DNA of 64,000 nt from Andalucia godoyi And28 (GCA_009859145.1 VRVR01000035.1:139026-203025), one strand, 5' to 3'; shown: positions 21,023 to 33,552, numbered from the stretch's first letter. The notes: generated by a model from the letters alone, not told the origin. Translations and numbers: made by a program.

Positions 21023-21619
21023 TCATCCGCTTCCCACAATTCTTGCTCGTCTTTTTTCTGGGAAAAAACTGCAAAACGGAAATCACCAGGTGATCGCACA
21101 AAGACAGGTGTTGCCAGAAAGAAACAAAACACAAAAATAAAAGAATGGTCTAAATGAAATGAAATGAAATGAAAAAAAAAAGAGGATAAATAATATCAAA
21201 ACTAAAAATTAAAACAATAATTACGCAAAGAGGAATGATACGTCTTTCACTCTTCAAACAGACGACTTTTGTCCTTTAGGTCTCCAAAACAACAGCTGCT
21301 TTTTATTGCGATCTTTGTTGTCAATTCTGCGAACAGTTCCGTGCTTTGACATTTTCTCAGTCCGTACGATTCATATCCACGGATTGGTATTAGTGTGAGT
21401 TTTGGAAAGTAAGTGGCGTCTGCCTGAGTTGTGGTGACTGGTGTGTGACGGTTATCTTTTGTTTTGTTTTGTTTTGATTTGATTTTTTTTTTTTTTTGAT
21501 TTTTTTTTTGTTGGTTTGTTTGATCGAACGAGTAGACCAGCACCGGCGACGGGAAGGGAGGAAAAAAAAAACAAAAACAAACCGCAGACAAGGAAGAGGA
21601 GAAGAGAGACGAGTGCGTG

Positions 21620-22201
21620 ATGAGTAGTAGTCGTAATGTCGCTGCAAAGTCTGCGCTGAGCTTGAGAGCGCTGGGTCGGATGGCTATTGAGTTCGCGGCG
21701 GTTTCCTGTGTCTACGTTGCAGTGACAGAAAACATCGTTGGAGTTGGCGACATCAAAGGTGCTTCGATGCAGCCCACTTTGAATCCGCCGCCGGCCCATC
21801 CCGATGAATCACCCACGCGAGATTATGTGCTGATAGACAAGCTGTCGCTGCGAATGAGGGACGTGCAACGCGGGGAAGTCGTTATGGTTCGATCGCCATT
21901 GGAGCGCAATAGGTGGCTTGTCAAACGGGTGCTTGCTGTCCCAGGAGACCTGGTCAAGCCTGTGAACAATCCGAATCGATATTTTCGAATTCCAAAGGGC
22001 CACTGTTGGATCGAGGGCGATAACGTAGTCAATTCGCAAGACTCGAATGATTACGGTCCCGTAAGTATGTCGCTCGTCGAAGGAGTCGTCAAACGAATTG
22101 TGTGGCCTCCTTCGCGAATTGGCCCAATTCCAGAACACCAAATCCAAGAAGGAAGAGTATCGATCCCAGACACTCCAGCTGAATCCTTTGGTGAAAGCTG
22201 A
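21620..22201 (+). CDS. IMMP2L: Mitochondrial inner membrane peptidase subunit 2 (S26)
   Basis: GASMQPTLNP (catalytic Ser), LVKRV (Lys), GHCWIEGDN, DSNDYGPV and the IMP2-type IVWPPSR. ATG at 21620. Confidence 0.85.
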   Translation: MSSSRNVAAKSALSLRALGRMAIEFAAVSCVYVAVTENIVGVGDIKGASMQPTLNPPPAHPDESPTRDYVLIDKLSLRMRDVQRGEVVMVRSPLERNRWLVKRVLAVPGDLVKPVNNPNRYFRIPKGHCWIEGDNVVNSQDSNDYGPVSMSLVEGVVKRIVWPPSRIGPIPEHQIQEGRVSIPDTPAESFGES

Positions 22202-22348
22202 GAACAGATAGGGTCGGTGCTGTTGGTTGGGAAGAAGTTATGAAACGTCCCGGACCATAAGTGGCAATGAAAAAGAAGAAGAAGAAAAAACACAGGAGAA
22301 ACACAGCAGAGAAGGAAGAAAGAATGGTTCGTGTATTTTACAGTGTTG

Positions 22349-22388
<40 letters not shown>
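22349..22388. repeat. (TC)n microsatellite
   Basis: Direct reading; lies in the convergent gap after IMP2. Confidence 0.95.
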
Positions 22389-22391
<3 letters not shown>

Positions 22392-22496
22392 CGACGACGG
22401 TTGGTCCGATATTTACAAGTTATAGAAGGATAAAAACGAATGATGAAGCTTGAACAGAGAGGAATGAGCAGCGGAAGGAGTATGCGCAAGTTGGTT

Positions 22497-25400
22497 TCAG
22501 CGGGAGGTGTAGAATCCAGATCGCGCAGACTGGGCGCGTTTTCGGGCAGTCCCGATCTTCGACTGCAGTAATTTCTCCCATTCGTTCGTGTCCAGTTTGA
22601 ATGGTGCAGCAGTAGCAGGAGCAGCAGTGCTGCTGTCGCGACGGGCAGTGCTGGACGAAGGATTGCTGCTGTACTTGTCCAGAATCGAACGCACAGACTT
22701 GATCGATTTTAGATCCAGCGAAGGGACAGAAGGAGCCTTCGAAAGGATCCCGGAGGGCGGGTGGATGGCTTGAGAATCTGCATTTCCGCTTCCGAGAAAA
22801 TGCTGCTGCTGAGGATGATGGACTACGTGGTTGTGAGCATGGCTGCCGTCATGTACCCATGCAGCTGACTGCGGTTGCCCGGGCAATGTGTTAGCCGACT
22901 GTGCTCTCTTGAAGGACAGGGGAACAGTGGAAAGTTTCATCAGACTTTGCACAGACTCGACTTTCTCAGAATACGTCTGCCGAGAATTTTGCCGAAGCAG
23001 ACGTGGAGGTTGCGCGGACACTTCTTCCGCCCGTCGGCGCTCAAGTGCGGGTCCCAAGTACAGTTTGGGTTCTTCCTTTCTCTGCATCTCGTAGGCTTCC
23101 TTGCGAACAACACCCGACGTTGAAGGCCGTCTTCGAGAAAACGACCATCCTTTCTCATCCGGATCAGCAGCAGCACGACCATGCACGAGAATGGAAGCAG
23201 AGTCAGGAAGCGGTGCGACCGCCACTGATTGTCCTGCAGTTGACGGCCGAAATCGCGCCGACTGTGGTGGAGACGTAATCGTATTTCTCCGTGACTTAAG
23301 CAGCTTTTCGGCTGCGCTTGTGACGTTTGCATGGGAAGACCGTGACCGTGCGGATCGTGGAGATCCAGAAATACCTGCATTAACCGACAGATCCGAGACA
23401 GGAACGATGCCATCTGAGGAAAACACACGCTCCATCAGCTGCAGGTCGGGAACTGGCTGCCGAGGAGCCGTGAATGGACGCGTTGCGGAAGCACGGGGAC
23501 TGCCTAGCGATCCCGTTGCAGATGATTCAAATCCAGTTGCAGAGTCAGAAGAGTTCTGGCGCGCTGCATGTCCAGAAGAAGGGCGCTGAACGGGGGCTGC
23601 AGAATGGCTGTTCGTGGAGTTGGAGCGGGGAGATGCCACAGAAGAGGATGCAGAAGACGAGGACTTTGGTCGCAACTTGATTTTCTCTTCCGCATTTGGG
23701 TTCGGATTGGTGAGCTGACTAAAAGAAGCAGCTTCAATGGAGCCCATCTCCGAGTCAACATGGTACCGATGACCCGGTTCATCCGATTGATCTGCTAGCG
23801 CGGTGATTGCTTTTCTTTCAAGATCATTGTCCACACACCCATTTCGTTGCCCCTCCATTGAAAATGGTGCAAGATCAGACCGACGTTGCAGAGACTCCCT
23901 CTCCACTTCTCTCGTTAAAATGGGCTCGTCACTCCCACTTGCTGCCTCCTGTTCTGGAAGTAAAGGTCGATTCAAATCCAGCATGATCCCTTTCATTTGG
24001 CCAAGCGACAACTTTGAATGAGTTGACGGGTCCGAGCGATGGGAGACAAAACTAGCCGTCAACGGGTCGCCCGTGGGTGCATGTCTGGAATCACGCCGTG
24101 GCACATGAAGAGAAGAGGTATACGAAACATCCGGAGAGCTGACTACGAAGCTATCCGAATCACTGTTGTCGTCGCCATGTCGACTTGGGAAACGACGCTG
24201 CGGGGAGACGTCAATTTGCTCATCCTCCGAGGCAGAGTCGCTTTCGGAGTCATCAAAATTGTGAAACCGATCCAAAATGTTCTTGCGCTCACGATCTCTT
24301 GCTGTTTCAGATCCTTCCGTGCACTTCAAAACATCGGACATGATGGTTAGTGACTTGGGAAGATGCGGACTATGATGACTCTTCATCAGGGCATCTTCTT
24401 GCTGCCTCCGTGCCAAGATACTCTCCACATTGCTCGGCGTATTCTGCAATGATGGTTCAAGACTGGATCTGTTCGAGAAACTCAAAGGATTCTTCAATCG
24501 GCGACTGAATGGAGAGAGCGGATCTGTAAAATCAAACGATGCCGAACGCGCGCCGGTAATCGCATGAACCGGTAGTTCATCTGGTCTTTTTCGCTTGTGC
24601 TCTTTGTGTTTGTGTTGAAGAAATTCTTCCTCATCAGTGGAATACGCAGCGTCCACTCTACTCTTGCTGTTCTTGCGAACCGGTGACGCAGATGCATTTT
24701 GGCTCGTCATACTGCGTTTGCGCAAAACGTCATTAACCTTGCCTTTGAACTGCGAATACGAGTCGTGGGACAAGCTGAGCGAGCGCGACCTTGGAGGAGT
24801 CGACGAACTTTTCCCTTGGATGCGCAGCAGATTTAACGCAGACTCGGCACGACCACGACCACGACCAAGACCGAATGCAGACGGCGGAGATTCGCGGGAG
24901 TCGAGAGACTCGGCATTCAGAGTTGCTCTAGACAAAGAAAGTGTGCTCAAGGACCTCGTCCTTTTCTTCTTCTTCTTCTTCTTCTTCCCCATTTCAGAGG
25001 GCTGCGAACTGGATGGCATGGTACCCGAAACGCTTGTGGAGCCCGGATCAGCGGCAGCGGCCTGATCTAGAGCACGATCAAAAATTCCCTTATCCATTGC
25101 CTCGGTTGCAATCCGCCAACCTTCAGAAAATACAACCTGAAGCAAAACATCCAGGAATTGGATCTGTTCTTGTGTCGTTCTCGAGACGCACCAGACTTCT
25201 GCCATGTCCAGAAGACACTCGAAAAACTTGCGCTGAGACATTGCCAACGTTTTCAGCCGCTGAAGAGAATCGTCAACGTCTGCGGGTGTGACGCTCCCAA
25301 CACCAGACGGTGGAGGAACGCTTGTGGTGGTGGAAGCATTGGAGCGCTGCAGCAACAAGGGATACATTTTGGAGATGTTCTTCCATGCCTCTGCTCTGTG

Positions 25401-26498
25401 CTCGTCCAATGTGGATCCATACGAATCGCTCACTGATTGCGCCATTGAACTCGGTACAACCATCAAGTCCGCGTCCATCGACCAGTCTGATACGACAGAC
25501 TTTTGGATGTCAAGATCGTCGTGATCGGGAAGCAGTACTTTGCAGATTCCTGTCATCACCTCCACGTACGTTGCCTGAGGGATAAACGGTGACCACCAAG
25601 AGCCAGTAGCAGAGCTCTTGTAATTTGGAATAGGAACTGGAACACCATTCACAATTGCCATGATCGTCAAGGCCGAATTTTTCCCATTCGCTTCTTTTGG
25701 AATGAAGTACCACCACTTGAGCAAAATCTTCTGCAACAATCTCCGAGACTCGGACCTATCAAACTTTGGAGACTCGGAAGTACTTTCTCCCGGCAAATTC
25801 CCATCCATGTAGAACTTCATTGAAAGCGAGTCCCAGCCATCAAAGAGCAAGGGCTGAGGCTTCACCAAACCCTGCTTCATAAGGTCGGCGACATGTCGAA
25901 ACATTTCCATATGCCGGTGATACCTTGTGCGCGCCCTTCCTTTCGTGAGGAAAGGCACCGTTCCGTCCCAGAAAGAGTTTGCAGCAAACGGAACAACCGG
26001 AGCATCCGAAGATCCCATCCGCGAAACGAACGCAAAGTGATGTCCAATCGACACAGCCCATACAGGCGTATCCGATGAGACTCCATCCAGGCGTGATTTT
26101 GCATTTCGCAAGCGTGACGAAGTCGGAGAGAAATCCGATCGAATCTCACTTAGAGGATGCGATGAAATATTCCCATTTCTCGTCGGACTCACATTCTCAA
26201 TCACTGCATTCAAGGTTCGAGACACCAGCGCCGCCGCCGAAGCCGATGACAACGGTCTTCCTGACGAACGAGCAGAAGATGGCGGTCTCGGAGAAATCAC
26301 AGTCGAGCTACTTACTTCCGAAGAATGGTCAATTTTCCCACTCTGATTATTATGATAATTGTTGTTGTTGTCGTAATAGTAACTGTTCATAAGAATCGAA
26401 TTACTCTGATTGGGAGCCGTTGTCGGATTGCTGGACCGGGGAGAATTCAGAGACAATGAAGCTGCAGCCCCCAAATGATCTGTCCCTCTACGACTCAT
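22497..26498 (-). CDS. Large, mostly disordered hypothetical protein with a central putative degenerate EF-hand-like domain, 1333 aa
   Basis: Uninterrupted 4 kb ORF with a globular block at about residues 145-460 and Ser/Pro/Arg-rich flanks. Confidence 0.8.
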   Translation of the reverse strand: MSRRGTDHLGAAASLSLNSPRSSNPTTAPNQSNSILMNSYYYDNNNNYHNNQSGKIDHSSEVSSSTVISPRPPSSARSSGRPLSSASAAALVSRTLNAVIENVSPTRNGNISSHPLSEIRSDFSPTSSRLRNAKSRLDGVSSDTPVWAVSIGHHFAFVSRMGSSDAPVVPFAANSFWDGTVPFLTKGRARTRYHRHMEMFRHVADLMKQGLVKPQPLLFDGWDSLSMKFYMDGNLPGESTSESPKFDRSESRRLLQKILLKWWYFIPKEANGKNSALTIMAIVNGVPVPIPNYKSSATGSWWSPFIPQATYVEVMTGICKVLLPDHDDLDIQKSVVSDWSMDADLMVVPSSMAQSVSDSYGSTLDEHRAEAWKNISKMYPLLLQRSNASTTTSVPPPSGVGSVTPADVDDSLQRLKTLAMSQRKFFECLLDMAEVWCVSRTTQEQIQFLDVLLQVVFSEGWRIATEAMDKGIFDRALDQAAAADPGSTSVSGTMPSSSQPSEMGKKKKKKKKRTRSLSTLSLSRATLNAESLDSRESPPSAFGLGRGRGRAESALNLLRIQGKSSSTPPRSRSLSLSHDSYSQFKGKVNDVLRKRSMTSQNASASPVRKNSKSRVDAAYSTDEEEFLQHKHKEHKRKRPDELPVHAITGARSASFDFTDPLSPFSRRLKNPLSFSNRSSLEPSLQNTPSNVESILARRQQEDALMKSHHSPHLPKSLTIMSDVLKCTEGSETARDRERKNILDRFHNFDDSESDSASEDEQIDVSPQRRFPSRHGDDNSDSDSFVVSSPDVSYTSSLHVPRRDSRHAPTGDPLTASFVSHRSDPSTHSKLSLGQMKGIMLDLNRPLLPEQEAASGSDEPILTREVERESLQRRSDLAPFSMEGQRNGCVDNDLERKAITALADQSDEPGHRYHVDSEMGSIEAASFSQLTNPNPNAEEKIKLRPKSSSSASSSVASPRSNSTNSHSAAPVQRPSSGHAARQNSSDSATGFESSATGSLGSPRASATRPFTAPRQPVPDLQLMERVFSSDGIVPVSDLSVNAGISGSPRSARSRSSHANVTSAAEKLLKSRRNTITSPPQSARFRPSTAGQSVAVAPLPDSASILVHGRAAADPDEKGWSFSRRRPSTSGVVRKEAYEMQRKEEPKLYLGPALERRRAEEVSAQPPRLLRQNSRQTYSEKVESVQSLMKLSTVPLSFKRAQSANTLPGQPQSAAWVHDGSHAHNHVVHHPQQQHFLGSGNADSQAIHPPSGILSKAPSVPSLDLKSIKSVRSILDKYSSNPSSSTARRDSSTAAPATAAPFKLDTNEWEKLLQSKIGTARKRAQSARSGFYTSR

Positions 26499-27045
26499 GG
26501 CAGGAATGCACAGACGAAAGAGACTACGGGACTAGGAGAGCTGAAAGAAGAGATATGGGCACAAAAACTGACAGGTGATACTAACTGGGAAAACCCTCGC
26601 GGAAAGCAACGGTTTCCTCTGCTCTGTTCTGTTTGTGGACGTGGACGTGGACGTGTACGTGTATGCGTATGTATGCGTATGTGCTTGGTATGCTTTGGGG
26701 AATGTAAGATGCGGATGAGTGGTGGTGTGCAATGATGTTTGGCCTTTTGGGTACTTTTTTGTTTTCGTTTTGCGGACAATAAACAAACAGCAATGATGCT
26801 TTGGTGACTTTCGTGAGCCAACGTGCAAGCAACGAATGGGGAGCCTGACAATTACGGTAATTTGATGCTTTCTTGAGTCGAGCATCACTACAGCGGTTGG
26901 ATGATGCAGCACTTCCGTTCATAGACACCTTGCAAAACCACCGATACCGATACCGAACCGACGGGACCAATCTTCCTCTGGTCGACAGCTCACCACAAGC
27001 AGTTTGAAACAAGAAAGGACGGAGAGCGCAAGGCAACATGTGCAG

Positions 27046-27471
27046 ATGTCAAACGCAGATACTAAGTTCTTGAAGCGAAGCAGCAGTTCCCTTGGGATGT
27101 CGAGAGGGGATGCACAACGGACGCGCAACAGTCCTGCATCTCGTCGAGGGTCTCTTGCATTTTCCCATGAAGAAAAGCGAAGGTCGTCGACTAGCCACGG
27201 TACATCGTTTCCCACCGGTTCTCCTGCTTCTTCTCCCTCTCCTTCTGATGCTCCCGCTACTTCTTCGTCTGGGGCTGGACCTCCGTTTTCTGCAGCCGTG
27301 CTTCCGGGCACACTCAACTCCACCTTGGCGCGCAGCTCAACACCAACGTCGCTGTTTGCAGAGCGCTCCGATCCACGATTATCAGCAGAGTCTCACTCTT
27401 CCGTAGTTTACAACGGCAATAACAGCGGTCAAGATTATCCCCACCACCACCACCACCACCACCACCATCAA

Positions 27472-27502
<31 letters not shown>

Positions 27503-30147
27503 GTGATGCTGATGATGCTTCGACCAATGAGTACATGGACCCGATGGTACGAAAGATCGAAATCCGGGATACTGTCAGAAGAGTAAAGGAGATGGTGCTT
27601 GGGATGGACGAGGAAGAAGACAGTTCCATGGGGTTCGTGGAGGATTTTGAATCCGCGGAGCAGTCAGGTGTCGAAGTTGCACAGATGAGCCCACCGGAGC
27701 GGTCACGGCTTCTGATTCGGTCGGGAAAGCAAAAGACGGACCAACTCATCAAACATGGACTTGATCGGACACTTGGCACGCGCACCGAACTCTTGAGAGA
27801 AGTGTCGGAGTGGATGAACGAGAAGAATGCAGAAGATGTGGCGGAGAGCATCATGGCTGAACAGCCGGAAGGATCGCGAGATGGGGATCTGGATGCTCCA
27901 ATTGAATCCGTTTTGAAGTACATGGACAATACCAAAGTCCGAGTAGAAAAACTGTTCGATGAGTTCCAGTCCGTCCGGTGGCTGGCGGAACAGCTCTTCT
28001 CAACATTGAAGCCCTCGCAGAGCGAGAGAGAGGAACTGGAAACGAGGTTTCGACGAAACCTGGAGAAGCTGCACGTGGAACTGGAAAACCTCAGGTTTAG
28101 CCTTGCTGACGTATGTTCTTTATTTCTTGATCATCTCGTTTTCACCAGTCTCGCCTGTCACCAAACACATTTTGCTTTTGAGAGCGCAGATGCTGATTTA
28201 CAGATATCTTTTTTTAAATTTTTTTTAATATTTAATCTGCAGTCACATGAATCGATCACCCAGTTGCGAGATGAGCTGGAGGAGAAGAATTCTGTAATCA
28301 CCAGGCTGGAAAATGCACTGGAAAATGCGCAGTTTCAAATCGAACGTCTCAAGATCTCGGAAGAGGAAAGAGATTCCGACCGAAGTCTCCGAGCCAACGC
28401 TCAGAAGATTGCAAAGAGTATGTCTCACTTTCCGTTCTCAGCATCGCATGTCCGAGGTTTATTCGTGTCTTCTTTTTATGCTCTTACAAATTTCTCCTTC
28501 CGTGTTTTTTGCCGAACAGAATTTCAAGATGTCCTCGCGCAGTACCTGAAGCTCTCTGCGGAGCATGAAGCTGTGCTGAAGCTGCATCCAGAGCTTGCAA
28601 AGCCAAAAGCAGGGGCAGGAGCAGGGGTCAAGAAAGCTGCTGGAACCCCTGCAGAACTCACAAGCCCAAAAGGAGTGCAGGAAGATTCCGTGTTCTTGAA
28701 TGAATCTGCAGCACTGACGGACCCCATTGTTGACGCACTCGTTCGCAAGACAAAAGACCTACTGACTGTGGAGTACGAAGCCAAAATGAGCGATCTTTTG
28801 AGCAAACTTTCGCAGCTGGAGGCCAGGTTGAACCAGTCCGTTGAGCGGAACAAACAGCTGCAAGAAGAATGCACAACCAAAAAGAAAGAGGACGGTCTTT
28901 CTGGAAGCTGTGAAGAGGAAAAGGAGTCGCTGGCTGCTGCAGTGCAGCGAGCCGACAATTTGCAGGCCGAACTCGATGCAGCTTACGCCAAGATCGAGAA
29001 TCTGGGCATCCACAAGGGCAACAAAGCAGGCACAATAGCATCGCTCCCTTCGACGGAGGATTCTGCGGAGGACGCAATCACTGAAGATGGCGTGGCGATC
29101 CAGTCCATGTCAAAGAACGATTCAAAGAAGCTGTACAAAGTGATCACAGAAAGCAACGAACAAATCCGAATTCTTTCTAAAATGGTGGAAGATCGACGTG
29201 CAAAAGAACAGGAAACAAAAAAACAACTGAGAGTTGCGGAGCATCAGATCGCCGACTTGCAAGCAGAAATCGACGCGATGTCCAAGTCGCTCAAGCAATC
29301 ATCGAAAGGGGTCATTGCGGAGCATTCGAACGAGTCAAGGACGACGACCACCAAAGCACTTCTGAACAGCCTGTCCGACTTGCCTCGTGCTCCGAAGTCC
29401 GCGTCGAATATCCTCCAGAGCCATCTGAAAAGGGGTGGCACCGCCACGCCGACGGACAGGCCGTCCAGCGGCTTCAACGGAGCGGCGTCTCCGAAAGCCC
29501 ATTCGGCATTCTCAGCAGCAGGAACTGTAATGACGACTCCTTCTCCTGCATCGTCCGTTTCACAATCCCCTGTCAGCTCCTCGGAAACACGGGCGCCAAC
29601 CCATCCAAACGCAGCTACAGTCGCCCCCGATCATCGAACGGCTGCGGTGCAGTCGCCGAAGCAGTCCACAGGAACCGACGGAACGGCTCTCACAGTCAGC
29701 GTAGCAGAGTTGCCCAAAACGGTCACCGCCGCGATTCCTGCTTCCGGATCGCTGGGTAAAAATCTGCATGTCACCAAGCCGCAGCCAGTTGCTCAGCCTC
29801 CTTTTAGCACCCAGCTGCATGCAGAAGAAAGTTTCCTTTCGCTTCCGGTAGAAAGCTGGAGGGAGCCACCAGGACTGGGAAGTGGGAGCAGTTCTGCACA
29901 AAGCTCCTTCCGCTCGTTCGCGCAACCAGAGCATGATGTGACTTCCAGTTCTGCGTTGGACAGTACCCACGAAGAACTTGGTCTTTTAAGCAACGAAAAT
30001 TCTGCGGACCCGCCGATCGAAGACGTACCTGCCATTCCAAAGTCTCGAACCTCTGTTTCTGCAAAGTTTCGCACGATAGCAAAACTGTCAGCACAGCACG
30101 CTCGGTCACGAAAGCGTGTAAATCTTATAGAGGAAGCCGAGTATGTG

Positions 30148-30179
<32 letters not shown>

Positions 30180-31252
30180 AATCTCATGCATGGGATGCAT
30201 CCCGCGGAATCGCGTACTAACTCTCTTTTTTCACTTGTTTCTAGACTTCAAAGCACAAAAATGTCTGAGCTCATTCTCATGATTGAGAAGCCGGACGATG
30301 ATCCCGTACGTCCTTTTCTGTTTTCGATCCTTCTGTTTCTCTTGTGCTTCACGATGTGCTTATCCTCCTCTTCTATCTTTCTCCTCCGTCTCCGCAGCTC
30401 AGTGATAGTGGTCTCGGCGGCACCCCGGCTCCAGGGACCAGCGATCCTTCTCCGATCCCTCCAGAGATGCTCGAAGAGGCAAACACTCATTTCAAAACCC
30501 GTGTTCCCTCCGAAAAAACCGTCGATCAGCTTGGTGTCATCGTTCAGGATGGCGCAAACGACGAATCGCAAGCAGTGCGTATTCTTCGAGAACTTGAGGC
30601 CAGCGATGCAGAATTGCGCAAGGAGCAAATGCAGTCCATGCTGCAGTCCATCAAATATGCAAACAAGGTTCGTAAGATCCGCCAAGAAATGGCCCTCCTT
30701 GATCCAAGTTCGACTGAGTATCAGAATCTGCGCCGCATGGAGGAGCACCACAGACTGGCGCTGTCGAAATGGGAGGAGAAGAAGCAGATGATTATCAAGG
30801 AGCGACAGAAGAACCTCGAGAAGGTTCTGGATGCGTATGTGCTTTCTTGTTTTTGTTTCATCTGTTTCAAACGTCTGGCTCTGCTTATTCTGGCTTTTTC
30901 TTTTCTTCCAGGCTGAACTAATCCTGATGCATTTAGCCTCCGACGACTGGTTGGGGACAACGGATCGGTCACCATGAAAAATCTTGTTCTGCTGGTTCAA
31001 AACCGGATCGATGCGTTTCATTCAGAGCAACTTATCAACGCCGAGTTTGAAGCCAGCAAGTACGTGGATTTCGGAACTGCAAGTCCTCAGAAACTCCCGG
31101 CTGTCGACGGCCACGGTTTCTCCCTCCGCCGCTCACCAAGACCTCCTCGATCTCAGGATCCAGCGGTCGCTCCCAGCCCCGCAAACATTGCTCTCAAACG
31201 GACAACGACCGTTGGATCCCAAATGGACCGCAGTCGATTGCCAAATCTCTAA
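27046..31252 (+). CDS. Coiled-coil hypothetical protein, 6 exons, 1224 aa
   Basis: Exons 27046-28110, 28243-28417, 28520-30140, 30245-30305, 30398-30834 and 30937-31252 join in frame (3675 nt) via five GTAYGT..YAG introns. Splicing removes T-rich inserts and restores heptad segments such as LRFSLAD|SHESITQLRDELEEK. Confidence 0.75.
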
Positions 31253-31596
31253 CGGCCAACAAAACGATTCTCCGAATATACGTGAAAAAGAGAAACAGTT
31301 TACTCTTTCTTAATTTTTAAACAAAAGGCATATAATCTGAACAGACCATCGGGAGATGGTGACAGAAACTGAAGAGGTCCGCTCCCCGGGCCCCGCAAAA
31401 TTCTTGCTCTTGCTGCAAACGACAGAAAAAAAAGCAACAATAATAATAATACAACGTGACTCCATGGTTGCGAGAAACAGCAAATCTCCAGCGCTGGAAA
31501 AGACGGAAGACAGAACTCAGAAGAGAAGGGGAAAAATAATAATAATAATAATAATATTAAAAAATAATAAAACAAGACAAAAAACCCAAAGCATCG

Positions 31597-33552
31597 TTAT
31601 TCCTTGGGAGCCTTCTCCTTTCTTTTGCCTTTCTTGCCATCTTCAGAAGCATTCGATGCAGTCGATGCCGCCGGCGCCGACGCTGCCGCAGCACCTGCGC
31701 CTGCTTCCGGTTTCTTGGGTGCCTGGTCGGGCTCTTCGAGGAAGAAGTAGTCGCCTGAAGATTTCTGTTCTCGATCTTTCACAGAGTCCTTCTTGTTGAT
31801 ACGAGGACGGAAATTGGTCGGGTCGCGGCGGAAAGTGATTTGCAAGTTCTTAAGGAAGTGGTTCATACCTGTCAGCAACGACTGCGGCGTGCGTGCAATT
31901 GCGCGCACAGATGGTTGACCATCATACACAATCACACGATCTGCCAAATATGTTGCCATGATGAAATCGTGCTCAACGACGAAAGCAGTCTTCTTTGCGT
32001 GCAGAATAAAACGTTTGATAACTTTTGCAGCAATCAGACGCTGTTCGGAATCCAAGTATGCAGAAGGTTCGTCAATCAAATAAATGTCAGCAGGCATACC
32101 GAGCGCAAGGACGATCGCAACACGCTGGAGTTCTCCACCAGAAAGCGTGGCAACTTCGTTATCCATAAGCTCCTCAGCCTTCAAAGGCTTCATCACGTCC
32201 GTCTGGAACTGCGGATCCGTAAATACCTGAGATCCAAGACGCTTCAGCAAGAGTTGTTGCACAGTACCAGGGAACTTTGGCTTGATCTTCTGGGGCTTGT
32301 ATGAAACTCGCAATTCCGGAACTTCACAGCCCTCGTCGGGAGGAATCGCACCGGCCAACAATTGGATGAAGGTAGTCTTTCCAGTTCCATTCTCTCCAAG
32401 CAAAACAATGATTTCCGAGTCGGAAAACTCACCAGGATCCACAGACAACTTGAAATCTCCAAGAGTCTTGGTCATCTTGGGGTATGAGAACCGGCGATGT
32501 CTTGCGATTTCCTGGTCGGATGCAGTCTCCATGACCTTGAATGTCAATGCAACTTCTCTGAAGCGCAAGTTCTCGGTCGGGATCACACCTTCCAAGAAAA
32601 TGTTGATGCCTTCACGAACCGAAAACGGCATGGTTACCACGCCATAAGCGCCGGGAACTCCATACAAACAGCAGACAAAGTCTGACAGGTAGTCCAGCAC
32701 TGCAAGATCGTGCTCCACGCACAAGACATATGTATCTGGAGAAACAACATCCCGGATAACTTGAGCGGCCTTCAAACGCTGACGAACATCGAGATACGAG
32801 GACGGTTCGTCAAACATGTACACATCCGCACGAACTGCTGCAGACATTGCAATTGTGAATCTCTGGAGTTCTCCTCCTGAGAGCTGCTCAATATCGCGCT
32901 GAGCAATGTTGGTGAGATCAAGATCCTCGAACAACTTTGCTTTCGCGCCACGCTCATTCTTGGAATCCATGATCTGTTCGACCGTGCCTCGCACCGCCTT
33001 TGGCACAAGATCCACAAACTGCGGCTTCATTGCGGCCTTCAGATTGTTCTCGAGAATCTTTTGTAGGTAATTCTGCAAATCTGATCCACGGAAATACACG
33101 AGAATCTCGGGCCATTCAGGCGGGTTGTTGAATCTTCCGAGATTGGGTTTCAATTTTCCAGAAAGAATCTTGAGTGCCGTGGACTTTCCGGTTCCGTTTG
33201 ACCCAACAAGTCCCAAAACCTGGCCTGGACGAGGCTGTGGAAGCCTGTGTAGTTTGAACGAGTTTGGTCCATATCGATGCGTAGTATCCTTCTCAAGATC
33301 TTTGGGCAAATTGATAATCTGGATCGCTTCAAAAGGACACTTTTTCACACAAATACCACAGCCAATGCACAGTTCCTCCGAAATAAACGACGATTTGGAA
33401 GTAGGCTCCACCTCAATGCACTGCTTCCCCATTCGAACCACTGGACAAGAACGTTTGCATTCTTGGCGACACTTCTTTGGTTTGCAGCGATCTTCCTTGA
33501 CGATCGCAATTCGAGTCAGACGATCTCCGCCAGAAGACGACGAGCCAGACAT
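31597..33552 (-). CDS. ABCE1: ABCE1/RLI1 ribosome recycling ATPase
   Basis: Fe-S domain [15 protein letters not shown]...[13 protein letters not shown] and two NBDs ([28 protein letters not shown]). Confidence 0.99.
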   Translation of the reverse strand: MSGSSSSGGDRLTRIAIVKEDRCKPKKCRQECKRSCPVVRMGKQCIEVEPTSKSSFISEELCIGCGICVKKCPFEAIQIINLPKDLEKDTTHRYGPNSFKLHRLPQPRPGQVLGLVGSNGTGKSTALKILSGKLKPNLGRFNNPPEWPEILVYFRGSDLQNYLQKILENNLKAAMKPQFVDLVPKAVRGTVEQIMDSKNERGAKAKLFEDLDLTNIAQRDIEQLSGGELQRFTIAMSAAVRADVYMFDEPSSYLDVRQRLKAAQVIRDVVSPDTYVLCVEHDLAVLDYLSDFVCCLYGVPGAYGVVTMPFSVREGINIFLEGVIPTENLRFREVALTFKVMETASDQEIARHRRFSYPKMTKTLGDFKLSVDPGEFSDSEIIVLLGENGTGKTTFIQLLAGAIPPDEGCEVPELRVSYKPQKIKPKFPGTVQQLLLKRLGSQVFTDPQFQTDVMKPLKAEELMDNEVATLSGGELQRVAIVLALGMPADIYLIDEPSAYLDSEQRLIAAKVIKRFILHAKKTAFVVEHDFIMATYLADRVIVYDGQPSVRAIARTPQSLLTGMNHFLKNLQITFRRDPTNFRPRINKKDSVKDREQKSSGDYFFLEEPDQAPKKPEAGAGAAAASAPAASTASNASEDGKKGKRKEKAPKE

